Source: Phoronis australis
Taxonomy: Eukaryota; Animalia; Phoronida
DNA: 64,000 bases
NCBI GenBank assembly: GCA_002633005.1
Contig: NMRA01000059.1
Coordinates: 106,934-170,933, forward strand
Reading direction: 5' to 3'
Of this stretch, positions 36,766 through 48,600 are shown in pieces; the stretch's first letter is position 1; each line of letters begins with the position of its first letter. The notes beneath the pieces were generated by a model. That model ran no database searches and was not told the DNA's origin. It saw only the letters and a list, made by a program, of their open reading frames with translations. Made by a program: the position numbers and the translations under genes.

Positions 36766-38959
36766 CTCATTTTGCCACCTGGGATGTTTGTCACTGGGAG
36801 ATGAACTGTCCATGTAAGCACTATGAGTATGAAGTGTTGCATTGTGGGATTTGTTACTTTTGGGGCAGTTTTGTGCTTCTGTGAATAAGATATCTTCACA
36901 GTGAACATTGTCTTGTCAGAGAGGGAAGAGACTCCTCTGAATGCCAGCAAATCACACCAGGGCTTCTTCACTCGAAAGTTGGTGCTGCTGCTAGTTTAGG
37001 TCGAGATAGTGACCTCATTAGTACAAATATCACTTGAGATAATGGTTGGTGTACTGTGCATTCTTTCTGTCATTAGGGCCTGCCTTCATAACAGTTGTGG
37101 GTAACATAGCATCTTGTTACAGAGGTTAATCTTTTAAAGTTATATGCGACTCAGTCCTGATCAACACACTTCTTGTGGATAGAGAATGAAGTGGTTTGCA
37201 ATGAGCTTCAGGAAGGCCATTATCAATATACCTAGACAACCTTTCACTGAAATTTATGTGGTTTGCATGTACTACAGCTGGTTACAATTAAATGCACAAC
37301 CTCATAAAAAGTGGTCCAGACTAAGACATCCCAGTTTGAAGGAAAAGTTATTTCCCATAAGTCTCAAAATTCAGCCTGGGAGGCGCAGCGTGCAGAGGGT
37401 TTTTACTCTGCCATCCTGATCTAGGATTGTAGACAGGTCTTATAATTTTAATGTAAAACATTGTTTTCAACAATCGCAGGGTAGTTGATAGTCAAATACT
37501 TTAGTTATTTTGAAAAAAAATGTGTAGGCAGTTAAGGGGTGGTCCAACAATGTTATTGTCCATTAATTCGCGTTAGTTAAAGGGTGATCCAACAATGTTG
37601 TAACCTGTGTTTATTAATACTTTCTTAGGTGTTTACAATGACAACCTGGTAACCAAACAGTATTATTGTTATTTCAAACGACCAGAGATTTACTGGAGGA
37701 AATATGTGTTGCCTTGTTACATGTTCGTCGGCTGTGTGCGAACTATAATTTTATGAGGAGGCTATCAATCGACAGGGGTCAGTCTACCTGTGTTGGATTA
37801 ACTCCCCGGAGACAGTGTTTTTCTGCCCCAACGGACTGCAGTGGTTGGCGGGAGCTTTGAACTCCGTATCTGTAGAGATATGTTTGGCGAGCTCGGTGAA
37901 TGTATTTTACAGTTACATTCTGTAAGGCATGGTCTTTTGAAAAAGTTTCATAATTCTTCCATTTTTGGTGTCACTTCAAAAGCTGTAATTACATAAAATG
38001 GATTTTGTCCTTTTTTGTGACTGCTGATCTACCAACCATTCTAATAATGTAGGAAGAGAAGCTTTATTTTTAGCAAAAAAAAAACAAAATGTTTTTTCTC
38101 CTTGATTTTGTGCACTAAACAGAAGAGTTCTGGTACTCTTGTATTATATAACAGAAGGGTATGATAGTTGGAGAGTCTTCCTCACTTAGGGAATAGAGTT
38201 GTATTTGTTGTTAATTATATAATTACAGCCTAGTGCATTGTTTATTTTTGGTACGTTCTGAAAGGCGCTGCCGTTACACTGTTAGGTAGACGTAAGTATA
38301 ACAAGTATTTGTATCTTACAATAAGTTATGTGTTCACTACTCACTGCTGACTAAACTTATCCTGTTTTTATGAGATTCTTGTTGTAAATCAACTCCCATG
38401 GAAAGTGTTGGCCTCGTTTGAGGACCCTGTTTTCCCAACGTTCGCAAGCAGATCGTTTTATCTGTGAGGCTGGCAATCAATAGATAAGCCAAGGGGGATT
38501 ATTCTACACATATCGGCAGGCTAGTTTTTATTAACCATTCTAAGAACTGTCTTCCCTGCATTTAGAGGCTCTTATTTTTGCAAGACGTTTATTATGTAAG
38601 TTACGCTTCTGGTAATTCTTTCAGTGCTCATTTTCAGAGTTGTTTAATTGATGACATATCGTTGAAGTGGATGTAATTTTGAAATGAATAAACATATCAT
38701 TTTTAAAATTGATCGCTTGTCATTCTGGCCTTAGTACTTGCTTGTGTGGAAGTTCCTGAACATGTCGTGAAGGGGCGTGTTTGTTTCTCACCAACACCTT
38801 TCTGTCCTGAAGCTGCTTGCCCTGAAGCAGCCTGCCCTTTCTCTACAACTCAGCTACTAGGTACCCATTGTGAAAATAAACAAGAGGAATTTATAATACT
38901 TCGAAACAAATATAATTGACTTTAGAAAAATATTTTGATTTTTACAATTAACTTAATCT

Positions 38960-39663
38960 TTATGAATTACATTTGCAGTGGCTCGGTGGGCAATATCCTG
39001 GACAATTCCAAGAGCACCATTGGTCCATGTTCGTATCCCCTTCCCAAGCCCCAGCTGCCATGCAATTTAGCTGAAAGGATTCTTCGTCTTCACATTTGCA
39101 ATCACAGCCCTCCCATCCGTTACACGCAGGGCCTGGACAGTTAGTGCTACACCAGTCGTCCAAGGCGCGTTGTCCTTTCCAAGGTCCGGCGCTTTTCCAC
39201 GAACAGACAGAACCACTTGAAGAAGCGCATTGTTTGGTCGGCTTCTTAGGTCCAAGTGTGGCTGGCTGAGCGGTAGTTACCCGTTTCATTGTGGTCGCGT
39301 GGACTGTTGATGATGGCATCGTTGGTGTGCTTGTGCTTGTGCTTGGCTTGCGTGATGTTGGAATGCGTGTTGTTGGCGCGCGTGTTGTCGGTGCGCCTGT
39401 TGTGGGCGCGCGTGTTGTCGGAGCGCCTGTTGGCGTGCGCGTTGTGGACTGCACTGTTGTCTTTTTAGTTGATGGTGGCGATGGAACGCTTGTTGTGCTG
39501 CTTTTGCTTGTTGGTTGGGGCGTTGTCGGGGGTTTTGTATCCGGTGCAGTTGGGGTCTTACCGTCTTCACTCACGATTCGAACGTCTGCGCAAGCGCGGA
39601 ACTCCTCTTGCCCACCCAAGCCCAGTCCACAGGTACCGTCTGGATCGCATCCCCAGCTGTTTC
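38960..39663 (-). CDS. LPMO exon 5 (end of catalytic domain, T/P-rich linker, two Cys/Trp modules)
   Basis: caacag|GNSWGCDPDGTCGLGLGGQEEFRACADVRI..CPGYCPPSHCKCNS-TAA. Confidence 0.92.
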
Positions 39664-42600
39664 CTGTTGGGAATTACAAGATTACCATTATGAAATTGTT
39701 TACTCCTGCTACTCATCAAAGTGGAAAAGACCAGTTGGAAAGTAGATAAGTTACAATAACTATCGATTGCCTGTCAACACGGCAAAACTGCAATGAAAGG
39801 CTTGGGGGTAGTTGTTGACAAATATCTACAAAACTATTGATGTCAACAGAGTAAATTTTCTATTTTCTAAATGTAGATCCACTGTACAATATGACGTTTT
39901 GACTCCGTAACAATCTACCGTTAAGTGGGCCACGTGACCAAAACAAAAGATAAGATCAAATTCCATTTAGTATAAATGGCAGACATGAAATTTCAGAAAC
40001 GCTGTTACAGTTTTCCAAAAGATCGTTCCGCCTTCGTTTTATAAAAGTTTAATTCTTCTCCATGAAAATTTTAAAAGTCCCGTTTTTGATAAATCCTCAT
40101 GCAAAAGTGGAACAAAACAATTTCTAGTAGCGTGTTGGCGAGCACTACACGAAGCATTATTGACTGGAAGTTAAACTATGAATCTGATTAACCCTTTCAG
40201 AAGGAGATCTTTCTAAGTCGGTTAAATTTGGTCATTTTTATGATCTTGTATAACCTCCATGCCATAATGGTATCGTAAACTATAAACGTTAGTTCTGATA
40301 AAATTGGTTCCGTCTCTATGTTGGAAGAAATAGTTAAGTAATATTTGTCGTTTGGGTCTAATGCAAAATTGTGCAGCATATAGCTCTAGGCAATAGTGTA
40401 CAGGAGGGCTAATGCTTGGCAGTCGTAACTGCAGTCCTTTTGACACGAGTGTTTCTCAATGTTTGTTAAGACTCGGCCCCACGAAAATCTGAATAACTGG
40501 ATGGCTTGGCGAAGGTCTTGAATTTGGCGCGAAAAAATACTTTGTCATCAAGAAGGCAGATGGCACCAGTGATTGAATTTTATTTTTAAACTGAAACTCG
40601 TCGGAGGAGTAGAATCCAAGTTCTTTTGCAGCTTTTTGTCGTTAATTGTTTCTCACCCGTATGATAAATCCATTGAAGGACACAATGTCTGCATGTAAGA
40701 CCAGCCGGAAGAAGGAGTTGCACGTTGTAGTTGCCGCTTCCAGAATTCGGCAGATAGTAACGAGTGCCGCCACCTTTCAGCTCCAGGACATATCTAGTGT
40801 AAGAAAGGTGTGAGGTTGACATGGAAATGTTGAATTATCTGATGACCAGTAAAACTAACATTTCAACGTTTATGCAAAGTTTCCATACGTCCGTCTGTCA
40901 TGGCATTGATAACCGCCGAATCGTGCTGTCGGCAGGCTTGGCGACCTTTTGGACAAGCTAGCTGAGAGGCAATTACACGAGTTACTAGAGGAGAGGTCAC
41001 GTTATAACAGCTGGACCAACACAAACTTGCACAGTTATGAAACAGCTAGGTCTTGTGCGTAACGTTCACCCATTTGTATCGTGGGCCGTTCCGGTGAAAG
41101 TGTCGCGCGTAATTACGCTGTCATGATGACCGAGACAGTTCGCTCGTGTTTTACTACCGAAAAAGCCATATCCAATAAGATGTAGGCTTGTATATGACGT
41201 GAGCTCTCAGTGAAGAAGTTTTACGCTCGTAATTTTTTGCTAGTAGTCACTATATGTAAGTACCTGTCTACAAGACCAACCACCAGCTATTAAATTAATT
41301 CGCAGTTGATATTCTTTTTGTGGTGGTAATGGTTTGTTATTCAAATGTCTTGAATAAAGAGCGAGTAATTTACCAACAGCATTGAAAAATTCTACTACGT
41401 TTTGAACAAATGTTGTTTACAATGCCATACGTCATCTGGACGCATTTTTAAGAATAAGAGAATGAAACTTTGCCTAAATATTTGAAAAAGCGATAATTTA
41501 AACAAATATAATAAAGGCATTGTCAGACAACCTGCTAGTTATACATTTTGTCACATCAATATGTACTAAAATGGACAACTTTCAAATGACTGAGATGGTT
41601 TGGGCAGCAAGTAAAAACATTTCAGTCAGTCTTTGATATACTTTGGATCTGAGATTTTACTTTTCGAATACTTCATAACATGTGAAAAATATGAGCGTAA
41701 AATTACGAGCGAACAACTGCTTCAGTGTTCACGTGACCAACAAACCAATTTCTCAATGGATGTAACGACTTCGGTCGTAAACGGTAAAATACGAGCGAAG
41801 CCTCGGTCGTAATTACGACCTTAATTACGCGCGACACTTTCACTCGAACGGCCAACGATACATTTGGCCAACGATATTCATATGCCTTACACGTGGTTGA
41901 TCGTATTAAATTTCGTTTTTATGTATGGATCCCATGCGCGCACCCAGAGCGAAGTGGGCAAAAACGTCCGCCCCTGAGACACAAAAAGTCCGAGAAAATG
42001 GGACAAAAGTCCACTGAATAATTGCAAACGCGGACTTCACAGCGGTGCTTCATTTTTTTTTTTTTTATTTTTTTTTTTTAGCCAGCCCGCTCTTTTGTTA
42101 GCAAAAGGTCCACACAACATCAGGAATTCAGGCATATTGAAGGCTGGGTACGCGCATGGATCCATGACGAAACTTCACAAAGACCAATCATTAATACTCA
42201 TGTGTGCTTCTGTCTCGTGCACTTTGAGAGTTTATTTTATCGTCACTGACTGAGAATAAGAAACATATTAAGCTGACCACATATATATTGTTTCACTGTA
42301 AGTAAATCAAAGGAAAACGGAGGAACATTTTCTCACCTGTTCAAGGAAGTTTGACTAACTTTTCCAAGATTGTCTTCGCTAGGACTCAGACGAAATTCAA
42401 AGTACCCTTTATGATGCGCAGTGATTTGTATTGTTACCTTGATAACCTAAAGAACAAGAATAAAGGATAATGTGGATAATCCAAAATGTTTAATTCAAAT
42501 CTTTGTTGAACTCGAAATCCGTGAGGTGGAACTAATGAAACAAGGATGCTACTAGAGAACGTTTACCCCCTGCCCGTAGAAATGTTTGCACTCAGGTACT

Positions 42601-45600
42601 CACAGGACCTTTATACCAAAGCCCCGTGTGCGCGTTCCATGGTCGCAAGATATTCCCTAAAAGCAAGACAATGCATGGCTTTGCGAGATACCGTCAGGCA
42701 TTCCAAGCCAGGCACGTGATTACCTAGTCTTACAGACTAGTGTCGTGCGTTTACGGAACAAAACTCTGCTTTCTACTCTCAGTACATTCAAATGGTAAAA
42801 AACATAGAGCCCTTTCATCATTAGCACCACCTTATATTCTCTAGCCATTTAAAGCGGCATGGACGCAAAAGCTTGTCAAAAATGTTTTTAAACGAAAGTA
42901 CCAACTGGCAACAGCTACTTCGCAGTTGTTCACTTTCCCTGTGATGAAATTTATTGGGAAAATCAGAAAATTCACTATTTTTGATATACGCACGAAGGAA
43001 AAATCTGTAGTCACCACAGAGTTTCTAATCTCCATCCCACTTAAGTAAATGCGCACAGTCATTTGACTAACGGCTGGCTGAAAAGATGGTTATTAACGGC
43101 AGATTTTCATAATTATGTGATCGCACTCCAAAGCTGAGGTCGACAGCATAGTATAAAGCAAGCCAGTGGAGCAAGCAATTGTCCAAAAACAATTCTAAAT
43201 GCGCTTTAGAATATATTTGAATACTACGACTTCTTATATCTTATTTTAAACAATTAAGATTTACATCAATTGCCTCTTAATCGTATTGGCTGTTGCTTAA
43301 ATCCCTATTGTTTTCTTTACGGTCAATGGTCACTTTTTCCATAAAAGCGAAGTGTACTAGTCTATGTCTTGCCATACTAAATAAGGAGACGATGAGAAAA
43401 TAGTATAATCATTTTTTTGAGACTTTTTATCCACCTCTTCTATTGCAAATACTGCGCGTTGTTGTGAAGGCAACTAGAAGGGACTTCAAAGCGCAGCTGA
43501 CCAGTGGTACGTCTTGATACAGTACTGGAATGTGTTCCCAAGCTGAATATGTTTCCACTACAACATTCGCCGTTGATTTGAATCCAATGTGCCATTTGAA
43601 TTCCTTTACCTCGTGTGACTTGTATTCTTTGACGATGATACCGTTTGCGTATTTGTTGTCTTTACCAGGCTCGTGCAGTCTCGGTCCTTGATAGGGGTCG
43701 CCACAGACTCCACATTTTCCCATGTGCACTTTCCATTGGTTCTGTAACAAAATGTCACGTGCATGTAAGAAACTATAGAAAACCGGTGCCCGTTAACACT
43801 GTTCTGAAGACACAATACACTCCCCCCCCCCCCCCCCCCNCAATTAACCCCGGTAATTAACATTATACGACTGAAACAAGATTTAAATGTGTGCATTTTT
43901 AGTGTGTTTGGGGGAGGGGGCTCAGATCAAATTTCAAGTGTCAAATTCGGAACACGGCGCAATCGTAAAGGAACTATGGCTAGGTATAGGCTCTCCCGCG
44001 ATACCCCAGACGACCGGCAGTGGTGCTGCCCACCACGACTCCGTTTCTGTCGCCTGCTTCATTGTGCAATGAAGAAAATTACTTCATTTTTTTTAAAGAA
44101 AATGGAACCTGAGTGACAATGAAAAACCAGAAGCTGCTAGTAAGATGTGAATTTTAATAGAAGCCTCAGTGAATCACTGAGAAACTCTTTGTCAAACCTT
44201 AACTTAAGACGATTTCCAAAGCAATCGCGTCATTAATGCAAACACAAAAAACGGATTTGGTCTTTTGGGCAATTGAAGACTATTTTAAATACAACAAATT
44301 TGTTACGAAATAATTGCACAAAATATAAAAAGTGTAATAAGTATTACAAAAAGAAGTAGGTTTCGCGTAGGTCTCTTACTATCATATTACCAGATATATC
44401 GTGGTGGTGCAGTGATAAAGCACGCGCGCTCTGTTCGTCAGGTTGTGAGTTCGAGTCTGTGGTAATCGCAGTTTTTCAAGTTTAACACGTTCTCCGTGTT
44501 TTTTTTTTCTTGGCTAATACTTCAGGAATCAAGGAAAATGCTGGATTTTTAGAGCAAAAAATCAGAAAACTTTTCCTGGGCGGGAGTGGGGTTTATGGGC
44601 GGGAGTGGGGTTTGCCCCCCTCCCGACTTCCCCCCATTCTGTGCTATGCGCATCTACAGTTGTGTTCACTGACAAAATGTTGCCCCCCCCTTGTGATATC
44701 CTAGATCCGCCGAGTTTCTAGTTCAAGTTTGCACTTGACCCTTTTTTGTGCTACAAACTCGAGTAAAATCTCGAAATTTCTAGTTCAAACTCGAAGTTTT
44801 AGCCTTAATGTTGGGTTTATCAACTGTAAACTAGGACTAATAAATTATCCACGTAAGCAATTATGCACTCGAGCATATAATAATTGACACTTATCTTGAA
44901 TTCTCACAAAAGTAGAGTAGAGAGTGCCAAACATAATTTCGAGTTCCATTTCGGGTCCCTATTTTGGCTAGATTTCCCTAGTCGCGAGACAGCTATTGAA
45001 CTCAATCCTGAACTCACGCGATTAGAAATTTTCTGCTCTGATTGGTCACTACTACAGTGACGCGACCATGAACGTCACTGAGCATGTTGGAGCTGAGGGA
45101 AGACAAAGGCGACGTTTCAAAGCCTTTCCATATGCGTGTAGAACAATAGTATTCCATTTTATTAGAGCTTTAAAAATGGACTGAGCTTGATGCACGGTGG
45201 TGCACGGTGGTGCACAACTCGTGGATACAACTGTTGCTGTACAGAAAGTTTCATTACACGAATGAGCTTTTTACAGTTTAAATATTTGTAAAAAAATGGC
45301 ATCGTGCATTTTTACTGAAACACAGGGTTATCCGGCATGTTTGAATAGACGTTTTCACCACAGGGCGTGCGTCATCTGTTTATTGTACCCATTCTTTGTA
45401 TGATGATAAGCTTTAGTCGTCTTTGAAAAGTCTACAATTCTTTTAAACGTCCACAAGAACTCAGGTATCCCACATCAATGATGGAGTGTGGGTGATAGGG
45501 TCAGTGCAAAGTCAGCTAAATTCATGTGCGTATTTGACGTAAATGTGAGATGACTAATGCGCAAAACTCCTGTGAAATCATGCTTCGGATTGAAAGATAT

Positions 45601-48600
45601 TTATCAAAGTATTTCCAACAAATTTTCAAGTCATAAGCAAACTTTGCTTTGGCCATTTTTGAAGATTAGCGTACCCGTCGTATTTGGCATTGCGATTATG
45701 ACAGTGTTTGTCCACTGACTTGGCTTAAGTGGACAGATCGTAGAACAGTGAAGCTAGCGAAAGACAATTTCATCAAAAACAATGACTGATCTGTTCGTGA
45801 AATTGTGCTATAAGCATTTCCGTCCGTTCAGAAACGCATCATTATGAAAGTGTTTGCTGTCACATGTCACGTGCGAGTAGCATCCAGCGACTAGAACACA
45901 AAAGTCACACCTTCGCCTACCAAAAATTAAATAATGACATAAGTGGGTTTCATAGCTCTGTTCAACTCATAGTTTTATAAGTCTAAAGTGAGTAACAAAT
46001 ATAATTTATTCATCAGGGCTGGGTTGCATAAAACTTCAAAGTTATCTGCTAGATAAGTTTGACTGTTGCATGACGTCATGTGCATTGTTCAACAATAACA
46101 ACGTGACGCGCGATAATGCGACGTCATTGTTGCTATACGGCGTATAAAGCTTATGCAACTGAGCCCAGTTTGATAACGGTTACATAAGAATTCATTTTGA
46201 AGTAAAATGTATCGAAAGACACAAAGAAATAAATTGATATTTACGGAGTAGTTGTTTTCGTGGGAGTCGTCGCATCTTTTGAAATCATGAAATACCTCGA
46301 TCGGTGCAACACAAACTGGATCATTCCCTTTTGTAAAGATGCCATTTTGTGTTTCTTCCAAAATAAACTCTGTCAGATAATCACCTACTCTGAGTTGACT
46401 CTTACTTTTTACGGACGGACTACGAGGTACGTGTTCGTGACGTATTGGTAAAAAGCGCCAAAAGGTTCTTAAACGAGTACCTTTCTTTGCAGAAGTGTGT
46501 TTAATCAACGAGTGGTTTTGGTTCTTCCACGCTATTTTTTAGTTCTAAAATGATCATCTGTTCTTATTCAACACGCACTTTTGCTCAATCAACGCCAAGG
46601 TACCTAAACTACACGGCTCATAAACACCGGCACAGACGCATGAACACGACTCACGGACCTGCAAACACTGTCTACTGACTCACAAACACGGGAACGGACT
46701 CACAAAACACGATCCACGCACCCAAATACACGGGACACGGACTGATATTCACGAGGAGACACGGTTAACGGACCGCCAAACACGGGTCATTGACTCATCG
46801 CCTTTCTGGTTCAGCTGACATCTTTATTTTGTCCGTAAACCGTGTTTGGCGGTCCGTTAACCGTGTTTCCTTGTGAATATGAATCCGTGTCCGTGTATTT
46901 GGGTGCGTGGATCGTGTTTTGTGAGTCTGTTCCCGTGTTTGTGAGTCAGTGTACGGTGTTTGCAGGTCCGTGAGTAGTGTTCATGCTTCCGTGTCGGTTG
47001 ACCGTGTAGTCTAGGTACCTTGAACGCGTAGTTTTAATTAATCAACGTAGTCTGAAACACACCTGTTTCTAACAATGTTAACGGCGCCATCGTTTAGGTG
47101 CCGGTCATTTAATAAGAATCTGCAACATTCTTCAAAAGTTGCTTTACGCCCATGTAGAAAGTCTGCCGCAATCTTGAGATCTTAGGGCAAGGTCGCGATT
47201 GGAAATGAACTGACTAAAAGCACGCGTTGGCGTTGATTAAGTTACTTACACTCCTTGGTTAAACTATGCTTTGATTAAGTTAAACTGCGCTTTGATTAAG
47301 TTAAACCATGCGTTGATTAAACAAAAGTACGCGTTTAATTCTAGCAGAACGATAATCTTTTAAGAACTAAAAGTACGTGTTGATTAAGCAAAACTACGCG
47401 TTCATTAAGCACATTTTTACAACGCGCAGAGGAATATTACTCGTTTAAGAAACCTTTGGCGCTTCATAAGTGTTGATGAGTATTGTGCCTATCAAACGAC
47501 TCGTTATCTCGATGTTGCTTGATGCAATCAGTACCTGATGATTTGGTAAATTGTGACTGAACGTCGTAAAGAATGTGATTTTCATTTAAGAAGTTATGGA
47601 CAGCGCTCTTAATTTGTCAAGTACAGCGCGCTCTACTGGTCGTAGACTTGAATGTAAATAAACAAATGATACAAATCTTGTGTTATCGTGCACAAATACT
47701 AAATCAGCTCTGTGACTTCATCCAAGGCGCATTTCATAAGGCATAAGTAGCCAATAAGTTGATAACAGGCAAATAAATATTTATTGCCTTTTGGTTCCGT
47801 CAATTTGTAGACATTTTGATACTAATGTTAGAGCTTTGATATATTTACTTTGTGAAATTTGCGAAGCGTCCATTAAGCAGCTACAAAATCGTCTTATGTG
47901 TCAAAAAGCTCACGACTAATTAATGCTTTACCTTCATAAAGTCAGTCCATTTTCTTACTCAAATTATAAGTTGTTTCTGGGTTTGCGACTGAAAAAAGTG
48001 ACATTTCGTCTGTGCTTGATATCCCGAGCTGCATATTGAAATGAAAGTCCGAGTGTGTCTGGATTACGTTCTGGAGACGTAGCATACACTCGTGAAAAAG
48101 AAAAATGACGCAGGTTTTCACGAGATATCGCCAAGCATCACAAACGAAGCACGGGATCACACTAGGGTGAGTTAACATGCCAATGTCTGTCGTCTACAAA
48201 ACGACCTCATGATCTAAGCAATGGCAATTTAATCTAAGCACGAATCGAGTTAAGCATGCGCGCACCGAGAAAATGAGACAAAAGTCCACTAAACAAGCAC
48301 AAACGCACAATTCACAATGGTGCGCCGGTTTTTTCTTTTTTTTTTAGTCCGCAGGCTATTTTCTTACCAAAAGGTCGACAACGTTAGGAATTCGAGCCCC
48401 TCCATCTTGAAGGCTGGGTGTGCGCATGTTAAGGGGGGTGTGTATATAGCGGTACGTTGCTTAATCAACTTTTTGACAGAAGACAGCTTTTAGCAGTTTA
48501 AATGGCATTCGCTAAAACTGCTATACGCCCACATTCTGTCAAAAAATCTCGTGATTAAAGGCCTCTTATAGTTATGAAATTATTCGTAATTCAAACTAGA

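Noticed and set aside
39291-39749. Plus-strand 152 aa Val/Gly-rich ORF
   Set aside because: Antisense shadow of the Thr/Pro-rich LPMO linker.
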